Positions 38,878 through 48,259 of a stretch of 57,333 nt of DNA are shown in pieces. How positions within the stretch are numbered: the stretch's first letter is position 1; each line of letters starts with the position of its first letter. The translations under genes were made by a program, and so were the position numbers. The stretch is from assembly GCA_045631445.1 (NCBI GenBank), contig JAZQUS010000039.1:1-57333 (forward strand). Direction: 5' to 3'. This DNA comes from Eubacteriales bacterium (GTDB taxonomy: Bacteria; Bacillota; Clostridia; Oscillospirales; CAG-272). Below the pieces are notes generated by a model. That model worked only from the letters and a program-made list of their open reading frames with translations, had not been told where the DNA came from and searched no databases.

Positions 38878-40299
38878 TTATGCAAGTTGTGCTTTAACGT
38901 AATTGAGTACGTTTTCCGCGGCAATACCACGGCTCGCCTTAACGAGAAGAACGTCACCCGCCTTAAGAACTCCTAAAAGCTTTTTGCCAACCGCTTCAGG
39001 ATCTGTAACGGGATTTCTAAATACCTTCTTTTCACTCATGCCACCCTTAACGGCTCCGTTCGCCAAATTTTCAGATGAAAGCTCGCCGTATGTGAAAAGA
39101 TAATCCGCATTTTTCTCTGCAAGGTAAGAACCAACTCCCGCGTGAAGCTCTGCAGTTGTTGTACCAAGCTCACGCATATCACCAAGAAGTGCAATCATTC
39201 TGCCCCCCTTGAGCTTTGCAGTATCACCGAGAACGTTAATTGCTGCATTCATAGATTCAGGACTTGCATTGTAACAGTCCTCAATAACGGTAATGCCACC
39301 AATATTATAGATATTTTGACGCATCTTTGCCGCCTTGTAGGAAAGAAGTCCTGCACGAATTTCACTTTCAGGCATCTGCATCTTAAGGCCAACCGTGAAA
39401 GCAACCATAGCGTTATATACGTTATGCGCACCTGCAAGGTTAATTTCAACATTTTCATAAATGCCCAGGGGTGTTCGCATATCAAAAATAATTCCACCTT
39501 CAGCATTTCTAATATTACTTGCAAAATAATCACATTCTTCATTCTTCATGCCGAAATAAACCACATTATATCTATCACTTTCGTGTCCTTGAAGAAGGGG
39601 CTCGTCACCGTTCAAGAAAAGAGTGCCACCATCTTTAAGTCCTGCGGTTATTTCCATTTTTGCGCGACAGATATTCTCTCTTGAACCAAGCATTTCAAGA
39701 TGTGAAGAACCGATATTTGTAATAACAGCAACATCAGGCTTTGCTGCTTCACTCATAAACTCAATCTCACCAAGACCACTCATACCCATCTCAAAAACAG
39801 CCGCATTGTGATGCTGATTGAGTTCAAGCATACTCATAGGCATACCAATAGTAGAGTTAAAGTTGCCTTCTGTCTTATAAAGATTGAATTTTCTGTCAAG
39901 AACCGCAGAAACGAATTCCTTTGTAGTTGTTTTGCCAACAGAGCCAGTAATAGCAACCGTCTTGATTTCAACCTGACTCTTAACGTATTCCGCAATATCT
40001 CGGATAGCACGAATTGAGTCCTTAACAAGAATAACCGCAACGCCCTTAACGTCAAGTGGTAATCTTTCTGCAATCACGCAACGGCATCCTGCCTTAACCA
40101 CGTTGGAGATATATGAGTGTCCATCAACACGCTCACCCTTGATTGCAACAAACATTGATGTATTGTCAGCCTCGCGTGAGTCAGTGCAAACTGTTTCAAA
40201 AAGAACCTTATTCTCGCAAGCAACAGTATAAAGAGTACCGTCACAAATTGACGCCACCTTATCCGCTGTAAGTCTTCCGAGTCCAAGCTTGATTTTCAT
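38878..40299 (-). CDS. murF: UDP-MurNAc-tripeptide:D-Ala-D-Ala ligase
   Basis: ITGSVGKTTTK, GNFN, EMGM, DCYNASPESM, LGDMRELG, VKASRG. Confidence 0.95.
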   Translation of the reverse strand: MKIKLGLGRLTADKVASICDGTLYTVACENKVLFETVCTDSREADNTSMFVAIKGERVDGHSYISNVVKAGCRCVIAERLPLDVKGVAVILVKDSIRAIRDIAEYVKSQVEIKTVAITGSVGKTTTKEFVSAVLDRKFNLYKTEGNFNSTIGMPMSMLELNQHHNAAVFEMGMSGLGEIEFMSEAAKPDVAVITNIGSSHLEMLGSRENICRAKMEITAGLKDGGTLFLNGDEPLLQGHESDRYNVVYFGMKNEECDYFASNIRNAEGGIIFDMRTPLGIYENVEINLAGAHNVYNAMVAFTVGLKMQMPESEIRAGLLSYKAAKMRQNIYNIGGITVIEDCYNASPESMNAAINVLGDTAKLKGGRMIALLGDMRELGTTTAELHAGVGSYLAEKNADYLFTYGELSSENLANGAVKGGMSEKKVFRNPVTDPEAVGKKLLGVLKAGDVLLVKASRGIAAENVLNYVKAQLA

Positions 40300-40302
40300 A
40301 AC

Positions 40303-41778
40303 TCATTTCTCCTTTTCGTAGTATTTTTTATACATTTCACGCAAAATTTCTCTTTCATCAAAATTAAATCTTCCGTGAGCATTAATCTCGTAATTTTCAT
40401 GTCCTTTTCCAGCAAGAAGGATTATGTCACCCTCACTTGCAGTCGCTATCGCATATTCAATAGCTTTTTTTCTATCAGGAATCACCGCAAAATTATCCAT
40501 ATCGACAATTTCCGATAAAATATCATTAATAATCAAATTGGGCTTTTCGCTTCGAGGATTATCACTCGTTATTATGACAAAATCTGCATTTTCTATTGCA
40601 ATTTTACCCATAATCGAACGCTTTTGCACCTCTCTATCTCCACCGCATCCGAACACCAAAACAGTTCTTTGCCCTAACTTTTTAAAAGAATTGATAGTAT
40701 TTAAAACCTTAAAAAGTGCATCGGGAGTGTGAGCATAGTCAATAAAGACCGTAAAACCCCAACCCTCAAAAATCTCGCATTTTTCAAGTCTTCCCTTGAC
40801 ACCGCAAAAGTTTTTGAAGGCGTTCCTTATATCGTTTTCATCTATTTTTAGTTCAAGCGCACAAGCGCACGCTTGCATTGAATTCATAATCATAAAATGC
40901 CCGGGAACATTACAAAAATTTTCAAATAAATTGTCTTTAGTTTGAATTTTGTATCGCGTTCCCACTTCACCAAAGCTTTCAACTTCTTTAGCAAAGTAAT
41001 CGGCATTCTGCTTCATTGAGCAGGTTTTGATTTTCGACGGAGCAAGAGAAACAATCCTCTTTCCATAATCGTCATCAATATTTATTATTCCAATTTTGCA
41101 CTTTTCAAATAATTGAAACTTAGAATTGAAATAATCTTCCATAGAAGAATGGAAATCGAGGTGATCCTCGGTTAAATTTGTAAAAATTCCAATTTCAAAA
41201 TCAATCGGTGCAAGCTTTTGCAATTTCAACGCATGGGAGCTTGCTTCCATAATAACCGTTTTCACTCCACCGTCCCGCATCCTGCGGAGCAAGGGGAAAA
41301 GCTCCTCAGGATCGGGCGTTGTGAAATTTGCCGTGGAGTCATAATTTACTTGAGAAAAGGACGAACAATTCAAAGTACCAATGACTTCACTTGGATGTTT
41401 TATCTCATCAAAAATATTTTTCAGCATTGCAGCAACGCTCGTTTTTCCGTTCGTTCCTGTTATGCCAATAAACTGTAAATCTTTCGTTGGTTCCAAGCAA
41501 AAAGCATTCATCATTTTTGCAAGAGCAACCCTTGTGCTATCAACTAAAATTGAGTTTTCGCACAAAAAATTCTCATTTTCAATCACAATAATTGAAGCAC
41601 CATTCAAAATAGCCGCATCAATGTAATTATGACCGTCAACCTTAGTTCCTTTAAGACAAACGAAAACGTAATTTTTCTTTATCTCATTAGAACGAGAGCT
41701 AATTCCCTCAACCTCTATGTTTTCAAGAAGCTTAGGACATTTTATACCTGCCCTTTCGCAGATTTCAAGAAGCTTCAT
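40303..41778 (-). CDS. murE: UDP-MurNAc-dipeptide:meso-DAP ligase
   Basis: GITGTNGKT, TTPD, MEASSH, DHLDFH, DYAHTPD, DNPR (DAP-type), AGKGHE. Confidence 0.93.
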   Translation of the reverse strand: MKLLEICERAGIKCPKLLENIEVEGISSRSNEIKKNYVFVCLKGTKVDGHNYIDAAILNGASIIVIENENFLCENSILVDSTRVALAKMMNAFCLEPTKDLQFIGITGTNGKTSVAAMLKNIFDEIKHPSEVIGTLNCSSFSQVNYDSTANFTTPDPEELFPLLRRMRDGGVKTVIMEASSHALKLQKLAPIDFEIGIFTNLTEDHLDFHSSMEDYFNSKFQLFEKCKIGIINIDDDYGKRIVSLAPSKIKTCSMKQNADYFAKEVESFGEVGTRYKIQTKDNLFENFCNVPGHFMIMNSMQACACALELKIDENDIRNAFKNFCGVKGRLEKCEIFEGWGFTVFIDYAHTPDALFKVLNTINSFKKLGQRTVLVFGCGGDREVQKRSIMGKIAIENADFVIITSDNPRSEKPNLIINDILSEIVDMDNFAVIPDRKKAIEYAIATASEGDIILLAGKGHENYEINAHGRFNFDEREILREMYKKYYEKEK

Positions 41779-41816
41779 AAGACCTCCAAAATATTGAAAT
41801 GCCTTTAAACTTCCTT

Positions 41817-44084
41817 TTAATCATCGGGGTCTAAATATCTGAATGTCACCGTGACCACCGTACCCGGTGAAACCTTTGTGCCTGCAGGAATTGATTGCTC
41901 AATAACTATCGCACCTGCGCCACTCATATAGTTATCAGTACCTTCAATGCAAATATTTAACTTCGCATTAATTAGCATTTTGTTTGCCGCAACAGCACCC
42001 TTTCCAACAAGATCGGGAACCGTTACGCTGTTTTCTTCGGGATAATCGCCCGTGTATAGAGTAATAATTTTATTTGTTCTATCAATAGTAGTGCTACCCT
42101 TTGGGACTTGGCTTGTTACGAAATTTCCGTCACCCTTAACGATAACCTCGTATTCAAATCCCTCCGCCTGAAGAATTGCTTCTTCAACCGAAAGTCCCGT
42201 AAGATAAGGAACTTTAACACTGTTGTCCTGTGAAACGTCTTTTTCAATGCCAATGTATGGAAGAACGCTCTCCATAATCGCACCCATATAAGGAGCGGCA
42301 ATAACGCTTCCGTAAAGCACACCTCGGCTCGGTTCGTCAACCATAATAAGAACCGCAATTTCGGGATCATCCGCAGGAGCAAATGCAACGCAGGAACAAA
42401 TATAGGGTTCAACATTATCAACGCGGATTTCAGTTCCTTTTTTTTCACTCGTTCCCGTTTTGGCCGCTATTTTATATCCCGCAACGTAAACGTTTTTAGC
42501 ACCGCCATCACCCGAAACGCCTTCTTCCAAGATGACCGCAAGTTTATCGCAAACGTCTTTGCTTACTACTTGACGTTTAACGTTAGTTTCGTGTTGATAA
42601 GTAACGTTGCCGTTATTATCAGTAATTTGTTCAACAAGATACGGCTCCAGCAAGTAACCACCATTAGCAACCGCAGCTATTGCCATCATATGTTGAATAG
42701 GAGTTATATTGAAGTTTTGACCGAATGCATAAATGGCAAGGTCAAGTTCTGTAATGTCATTTTTAGCCTTAATTATGCTATTTCCTTCACCGGGCAAATC
42801 AATACCTGTTTTTTCAAGATAACCAAAGGATTTAAAATAATTAAAGAATTTATTTATCCCAAGTCGCTCGCCGATGGTCATAAACCAAACGTTGCACGAT
42901 TGAACAAGACCTTGTGCAAAGCTCAAAAGTCCGTGTCCGTCTGTTTCGTGGCAGTGAATTGTATGTCCAAACAAATGAAGTGAGCCACCGCAGAAAACGT
43001 CATCACCCGTGAGCTTAACCTTATTTTCTGTCAAAGCCATTGATGATGAAACAACCTTAAATGTCGAGCCTGGAATATAGGAATCAGAAACCGCCTTGTT
43101 TCTCCACATATCCATAAGATATTTTTGATACGCTTCATTATATTCGTCACTTCCCTCAACAAAAGCATCTTCTAAAAGAAAGTTAGAATAATATTCATTC
43201 AAGCTCCAAGGATCATTAAGATCGAATCCAGGAACCGTTGCCATAGCAAGAATCGCTCCTGTTTTAACGTTAACAACAATTCCACAAGCACGGTTCATAG
43301 CACCGCATTCATTCACAGTAGCAAGAAGCTGTTCTTCAAGCACACTTTGAATGTAGGAATCAATCGTTGTAGTTAAATTTCCGCCGTTTTGAGCAGGTAT
43401 GTAACTTTGGTATTCATAGGGAATTTCATTTCCATATGAATCACGCGCCGTAACATAATATCCGTCAGTACCCGCCAAAATATCGTGATATTGTGCCTCA
43501 AGTCCATATAAACCGTCACCGTCACTATTGGTAAATCCAAGAACGGAAGAAGCAAGCTCGGAATTTGGATAATATCTTGTGCTCATTGCCTCAAGATATA
43601 TCATATCATCATAATCGTTTTCAGTTATGAACTCTCTCACCTCATCGGCTTTCTCATCCATAACGTGCTTCATTATGGTTCTATCAAGCTTATCGGTGTA
43701 CTTAGTGTGCTTGTATACAGCTTCATAATCAACACCGAGTATTTCGGAAAGTCCTCTCGAAATATCCTCAGCATAGTTTATATTTTTACCGTCCTCATCC
43801 GCCTTATTTTGATTGTTCAAAATGCTTTTTGGCGCAATAAAAACTCTATAAGTCGTAATATTAGTCGCAAGAATGTTGCCATTCTTATCGTATATAGTTC
43901 CGCGCTCTGCTGAAACCTTTGATTGTGTAGTCATTTGATCAATGACCTTTGAAAGATATCTATTAAAATCTACCGTCTGTATCCAAAAAATTCTGCCAAG
44001 CAATATTGCAAACACAAGCAATATTCCAACAAGAACTACAGTTGCTCTTTTTAATCTTTCGTGACTAATGGATTCGCTGTTCAA
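41817..44084 (-). CDS. Class B penicillin-binding protein with two PASTA domains (SpoVD/FtsI-like)
   Basis: RGTIYDKNG, RYYP, GSTFK (SxxK), SCN (SxN), KTGT; C-terminal PASTA repeats; TTG start after AAGGAG. Confidence 0.9.
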   Translation of the reverse strand: MNSESISHERLKRATVVLVGILLVFAILLGRIFWIQTVDFNRYLSKVIDQMTTQSKVSAERGTIYDKNGNILATNITTYRVFIAPKSILNNQNKADEDGKNINYAEDISRGLSEILGVDYEAVYKHTKYTDKLDRTIMKHVMDEKADEVREFITENDYDDMIYLEAMSTRYYPNSELASSVLGFTNSDGDGLYGLEAQYHDILAGTDGYYVTARDSYGNEIPYEYQSYIPAQNGGNLTTTIDSYIQSVLEEQLLATVNECGAMNRACGIVVNVKTGAILAMATVPGFDLNDPWSLNEYYSNFLLEDAFVEGSDEYNEAYQKYLMDMWRNKAVSDSYIPGSTFKVVSSSMALTENKVKLTGDDVFCGGSLHLFGHTIHCHETDGHGLLSFAQGLVQSCNVWFMTIGERLGINKFFNYFKSFGYLEKTGIDLPGEGNSIIKAKNDITELDLAIYAFGQNFNITPIQHMMAIAAVANGGYLLEPYLVEQITDNNGNVTYQHETNVKRQVVSKDVCDKLAVILEEGVSGDGGAKNVYVAGYKIAAKTGTSEKKGTEIRVDNVEPYICSCVAFAPADDPEIAVLIMVDEPSRGVLYGSVIAAPYMGAIMESVLPYIGIEKDVSQDNSVKVPYLTGLSVEEAILQAEGFEYEVIVKGDGNFVTSQVPKGSTTIDRTNKIITLYTGDYPEENSVTVPDLVGKGAVAANKMLINAKLNICIEGTDNYMSGAGAIVIEQSIPAGTKVSPGTVVTVTFRYLDPDD

Positions 44085-44104
44085 TTCATCACGCTCCTTT
44101 AACT

Positions 44105-44240
44105 ATTTGCCAAATTTCGAAAAATAAACGGTGAGAGCCGGATTCAAGCAAATGGGCCGCTGCTTTTGCTCCGTGACAAAACACCCAACCTCCACGAAGG
44201 GTATTGTCCTGCTCTTCACCGTTTTTCAAGTGTGGCAAAT
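44105..44240 (-). ncRNA. Candidate structured leader RNA (long closing stem plus three-way junction)
   Basis: ATTTGCCA/TGGCAAAT and AAACGGTGA-GAGC/GCTC-TCACCGTTT close two inner hairpins; G-U pairs favour the minus strand. Confidence 0.5.
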
Positions 44241-44261
44241 GGAAAGAAATCTGCCTTCTTT

Positions 44262-44290
44262 ATATTATTCGCCGAAGGCAAGCTTTATGA
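44262..44290 (-). promoter_or_regulatory. Sigma-E-like promoter upstream of the PBP gene
   Basis: TCATAAA-14 bp-AATAATAT versus B. subtilis sigma-E consensus TCATATT-14-CATACGAT. Confidence 0.45.
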
Positions 44291-44294
44291 TTTT

Positions 44295-45104
44295 TCATTT
44301 AAATTGTTGAAAAATCCATTGTATAAGGGATTTAAACGAGATTTTTTCTGCATCAACCTTGTTAAATCCATCAGTTTTATTACTTTTAATATATTCTGCC
44401 TGTATGTGCTCCTGCTTAATCATACCAAGAGCTTCCTCAGCAAAAATTTCAATATCCGCATTTTCGTTTTTTCTATCAAGATCCGTCTTGAGTTCGGATA
44501 TTTCAAAATCAAGCGCCTTAATTTCATCCTCAAGAGCATTCTTCTCGTTTCTTGCAGAACCTAGAAGAACTATCGAACTAACGATGAGCAATAACGAAAT
44601 CGTTATAACAATTATTGCTAAAACAATTCCTTTCGGGAATCTCGTTTTATTCCCCTCAATTATTGTTTCGTTGTGTCTTTCCTCAAGAGGCACCCAAGTT
44701 TTTACCGTCTCTTGCGTTAAATCCTTGATTTTTGAGTTAGCTTTTTTGCTCTGTTTTATTGAATTGCCTTGCGTTTCCACACCATCACGCTTTGGATTAG
44801 AACGCGCCGCCTCTCTTTCGAGCTTAGCTTTTATATCATTTTTATTAGTATTCATTTTATTTTTATCGTCTTTATATCTTGCCTCGTCAATACCATCCAA
44901 AACAACTACCGTATCAAGACGTGCATTTGCCTCAGGAGTGTATTCGCGCTTCACCTTTTGCGAAGCAGCTCTCGAAGCAATTTCTCTTGCTCTCTGCTCG
45001 GTATATGCAGAAGAATTATCAAAACCACTCGCACGATTTTCATAATACTTCAAAAGTTCATTTTGCGCTCTGTTTTGTTTTTCAGAGTTTTGAACTTTTT
45101 TCAT
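44295..45104 (-). CDS. FtsL/DivIC-like division protein with long N-terminal extension
   Basis: Between rsmH and PBP; single TM, coiled coil, IEIFAEEALGM motif. Confidence 0.65.
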   Translation of the reverse strand: MKKVQNSEKQNRAQNELLKYYENRASGFDNSSAYTEQRAREIASRAASQKVKREYTPEANARLDTVVVLDGIDEARYKDDKNKMNTNKNDIKAKLEREAARSNPKRDGVETQGNSIKQSKKANSKIKDLTQETVKTWVPLEERHNETIIEGNKTRFPKGIVLAIIVITISLLLIVSSIVLLGSARNEKNALEDEIKALDFEISELKTDLDRKNENADIEIFAEEALGMIKQEHIQAEYIKSNKTDGFNKVDAEKISFKSLIQWIFQQFK

Positions 45105-45122
45105 CGTGCAAATTCCTTTCAT

Positions 45123-46049
45123 TTATATTCTTTCTGCAACTCTAAGCTTTGCGCTCTTGGAACGACTATTAATAGCAAGCTCCTCTTCGCTTGGGAGTAT
45201 TGGCTTTTTAGTAAGCACCTTAACCTTTGGCTTGTTGCCGCACACGCACACAGGAAAGTCTTTAGGGCAGGTGCATCCACTCGCAAGATTATTAAATGTC
45301 TGCTTAACGATTCTATCCTCAAGTGAATGGAATGTGATAATTACGATTCGTCCACCAGGATTCATTGAGTTAACCGCCGCTTCAATAGCAGGAGCAATAA
45401 CATCAAGCTCCTTGTTAACTTCAATTCTTATTGCTTGGAAAACTCTTTTAACCGAGCTCCATTCTTCCTTTCTCGCAAAAGAAGGAAGTGATTTTTTAAT
45501 TATTTCAACAAGCTCACCTGTTGTGTTAACAGGTCTTGCATTAATAATTCCCGAAACAATCTTGGGAGCAAATCTCTCCTCACCAAAATCGTAGATAACT
45601 TTTTTTAGTTCATCCGCGGAATATTCATTGATAACCGTATAAGCGCTTCTTACTGCTCTGTTGTCCATTCTCATATCAAGCGGCGCATCTGCCATATAAG
45701 AGAAACCGCGCTCCGCGGTATCAAGCTGATAAGATGAAACACCAAGATCCAAAAGAAGTCCATCAATCTTATCAATACCAAGATTTTCAAGAATGCTTTT
45801 GATATTAGAAAAATTATCTCTAACAATTTTAACCCTATCACCATATTTAGCAAGGCGCTCAGTGATAACCTTGATTGCATCTTCATCTTGGTCAATCGGA
45901 ATAAGCAAACCACCATCAAGTTGCTCCGCAATTTTCGAGGAGTGACCCGCGCCACCCGCCGTGCCGTCAACGTAAATTCCGTTGGGCTTTATATTGAGAT
46001 TTTCAATGCACTCATTAAGGAGCACAGAAAAATGTGAAAATTCGCTCAT
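45123..46049 (-). CDS. rsmH: 16S rRNA C1402 N4-methyltransferase
   Basis: HFSVLL, DGTAGGAGHS, DLGVSSYQLD, FQAIRIEVN, ITFHSLEDR, SAKLR. Confidence 0.96.
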   Translation of the reverse strand: MSEFSHFSVLLNECIENLNIKPNGIYVDGTAGGAGHSSKIAEQLDGGLLIPIDQDEDAIKVITERLAKYGDRVKIVRDNFSNIKSILENLGIDKIDGLLLDLGVSSYQLDTAERGFSYMADAPLDMRMDNRAVRSAYTVINEYSADELKKVIYDFGEERFAPKIVSGIINARPVNTTGELVEIIKKSLPSFARKEEWSSVKRVFQAIRIEVNKELDVIAPAIEAAVNSMNPGGRIVIITFHSLEDRIVKQTFNNLASGCTCPKDFPVCVCGNKPKVKVLTKKPILPSEEELAINSRSKSAKLRVAERI

Positions 46050-46051
46050 AA

Positions 46052-46474
46052 TCAAAGTCCGCAATCTTCAAGAGCCGCACGAAGTGCTTCCATGTCTTGC
46101 TCTTCCTGATTGTTTTCATAAGATTCTTCAGCCCAAATTTCCGCGTAGTCACCACAACCGATGATTACCGTTCCCTTTGTGATACTTGCAAACTGAAGCA
46201 TTGAATTTGGAAGAATAATTCTTCCCTGACCGTCGGGTGAAACCTCAATCGAATTACCGATAAGGAAACGGAGTGCTTCCTCACTCGTTTTACGAGGAAG
46301 GAGCTTGATGGGAGCAATGTATTTTTCCCACTCTGTGTGAGAATAAATTTTGAGATAATTTCCGCGAATGCTTTGAGAAACCACAAATGTTTCGCCAAGC
46401 TCTTCACGATATTTCGCAGGCACAAAAAGACGATTTTTAGAGTCAACATTATGCTTGAAATTGTTTGATAACAT
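46052..46474 (-). CDS. mraZ: Division/cell wall cluster transcriptional regulator
   Basis: DSKNRLFVPAKYR, DGQGRIILP, AEIW; first gene of dcw. Confidence 0.92.
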   Translation of the reverse strand: MLSNNFKHNVDSKNRLFVPAKYREELGETFVVSQSIRGNYLKIYSHTEWEKYIAPIKLLPRKTSEEALRFLIGNSIEVSPDGQGRIILPNSMLQFASITKGTVIIGCGDYAEIWAEESYENNQEEQDMEALRAALEDCGL

Positions 46475-46517
46475 ACTCTCCACTCCTTTCATAAAATCGG
46501 TCAAAAATCTCAATTTT

Positions 46518-46554
46518 CACCACTTTTAAACACTTCTATGGGTTTTTTCACCAC
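46518..46554 (-). promoter_or_regulatory. MraZ-type binding repeats
   Basis: GTGGTG at 46549-54 and 46518-23 with degenerate GTGTTT at 46528-33, roughly 10-bp phased, between promoter and RBS. Confidence 0.6.
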
Positions 46555-46565
46555 GAAGCATCACT

Positions 46566-46594
46566 ATTATACTATATAGAGCCAAAAAATGCAA
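46566..46594 (-). promoter_or_regulatory. Sigma-A-type promoter of the dcw operon
   Basis: TTGCAT-17 bp-TATAAT. Confidence 0.65.
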
Positions 46595-46817
46595 TAGTTT
46601 TTTCAAAAAAAGTTCAATAAATTTTATGAATTTTTTGTAAACAAATAATTGACTTTTTGTTAATATTTGCCTGTTTTGACAAAAAACAGCCCCAAAATCC
46701 ACTCAAAATGAATTTTGGAGCATTTTAATCACCCCTCCACCACTCAACCATATTTCAGGTGGGGGATTTTCCCTGTTTTTTTTCGTTTTTTGGATATTTT
46801 TAATATTGAAAACACAA

Positions 46818-46841
46818 AAAGGAGCACCGAAGTGCTCCTTT
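46818..46841 (-). terminator. Intrinsic terminator
   Basis: AAAGGAGCAC-TTCG-GTGCTCCTTT (cUUCGg loop on the minus strand) followed by T-run. Confidence 0.85.
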
Positions 46842-46852
46842 AGCATCTAGAA

Positions 46853-48259
46853 TTAATCAACCATCTTTCCCTGCCACATATTGTGGATGAAAAGGTATTT
46901 ATCAATATCGTTGATTACAGTTGTTTTTTTACGCGACCAATCGGGCGCAAGCAAATCGTCTGCAACACCGTCACCCGTGAGTCGAGCAATGACTGTATCC
47001 TTATGAAAATACTGCAAGGCAGTAGCTACAAGCTCGATATATCGTTCCCTTTCAAGAGGGGTATATTCCCCACTTTCATACCATTTCGCGAGAACCGTAC
47101 CTCTTATCACGTGCAAAAGATGTATTTTTACCATGTCAGGACGCAATGCCCCCACCACTTTGGCGGTTTCGAGCATCATCTCGTCAGTTTCAGTCGGAAG
47201 TCCAAAAATGATATGCACACAGATACGAATTTTAGGATTTGCTCGTCTTAATCTTTCAAAACCATCAACAAACTGAGCATAACTATGTCCCCTATTTATA
47301 AGTGCCGCCACCTCATCGTGAATCGTCTGAAGCCCAAGCTCAACCGTCAAATCAACCCTATTTCCAAGCTCTGCAAGATATTCAACCACATCGTCGGGCA
47401 AGCAATCAGCTCTTGTGGCAACATTCATCGCCACAACACCCTCACAAGTAAGAGCTTCTTCAAATTTTTCTTTGATTTTTTCAAGTGGCGCATAGGTGTT
47501 TGTGCGCGCCTGAAAATATGGAATTGTTCTTTCGGTGCTCCATTTTGACGAGAGTTTTGCACGAGTCAATTCAAATTGCTCCGCAATAGAAAGCATTGCA
47601 CTTTCAGCAAAATCGCCACTTCCACGAGAGGAACAGTAAATACAGCCGCCAATACCACATTTTCCATCCATATTCGGACAAGAAAATCCTGCATCGAGGG
47701 GAATTTTAGCACATTTTCCACCGTAAGTTTTCTTTAAAAAATAGTCATAAGTATAATATCTTTTATTGCTATCACTATTTTCAAAGGGGTTTACATCTGA
47801 TTGTTTTCTTCTCCCTTGCTTTTGGAGCAATAGCTTACTAGCTTCCGCATAAAATACAGGAGAGGTTAGTGGATAGGTAAGTTCCTTCGGCAACTCTTGA
47901 AAAAGAGCAATTTCCTTCATTTCACTTTCGGGTAATTCTCCCACCGAATGAACTATAGCCAAGAACACCATTCCGTTTGCGTTGCTCTTGGAATTATACC
48001 CATTATAATCACAAACTGGATAAACGTCGGCATCAACAATACCGCTTTCTTCAAACAGTTCTCTTTTTGCCGCTTCAAGAGGTGTTTCACCATTTTCAAT
48101 ATGACCGCCCTGCGTTTCCCAAGTATTGCGGTTTTTATGCTTTGAAAGTATCCATTTTCCTTTGAAATTGGAACAAATAACCGTATATTTATAAGTTTTC
48201 AAGGAATTAAGAGGGTGGATAGTACATCTCAATTCTTTTCTTATGCTTTCTCTATCCAT
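46853..48259 (-). CDS. NUDIX hydrolase fused to YhcC/YtqA-type radical SAM protein
   Basis: Nudix box GGHIENGETPLEAAKRELFEESG; then DAGFSCPNMDG...GGCIYC, TRADC, VELGLQT, KIHLLHV, RLTGD. Confidence 0.85.
   Translation of the reverse strand: MDRESIRKELRCTIHPLNSLKTYKYTVICSNFKGKWILSKHKNRNTWETQGGHIENGETPLEAAKRELFEESGIVDADVYPVCDYNGYNSKSNANGMVFLAIVHSVGELPESEMKEIALFQELPKELTYPLTSPVFYAEASKLLLQKQGRRKQSDVNPFENSDSNKRYYTYDYFLKKTYGGKCAKIPLDAGFSCPNMDGKCGIGGCIYCSSRGSGDFAESAMLSIAEQFELTRAKLSSKWSTERTIPYFQARTNTYAPLEKIKEKFEEALTCEGVVAMNVATRADCLPDDVVEYLAELGNRVDLTVELGLQTIHDEVAALINRGHSYAQFVDGFERLRRANPKIRICVHIIFGLPTETDEMMLETAKVVGALRPDMVKIHLLHVIRGTVLAKWYESGEYTPLERERYIELVATALQYFHKDTVIARLTGDGVADDLLAPDWSRKKTTVINDIDKYLFIHNMWQGKMVD

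Noticed and set aside
44105-44240. 6S RNA, SRP RNA or tRNA assignment for the dcw leader
   Set aside because: Shorter than typical 6S and branched rather than a rod with central bubble; no SRP GGAA domain IV motif; no cloverleaf or T-loop consensus. Kept only as an unassigned structure pending an Rfam scan.
44359-45045. 228-aa plus-strand ORF antisense to the FtsL-like gene
   Set aside because: Ser/Leu/Phe-rich mirror of a charged protein, with no RBS or motifs; typical shadow ORF, as are the other short ORFs nested in annotated genes.
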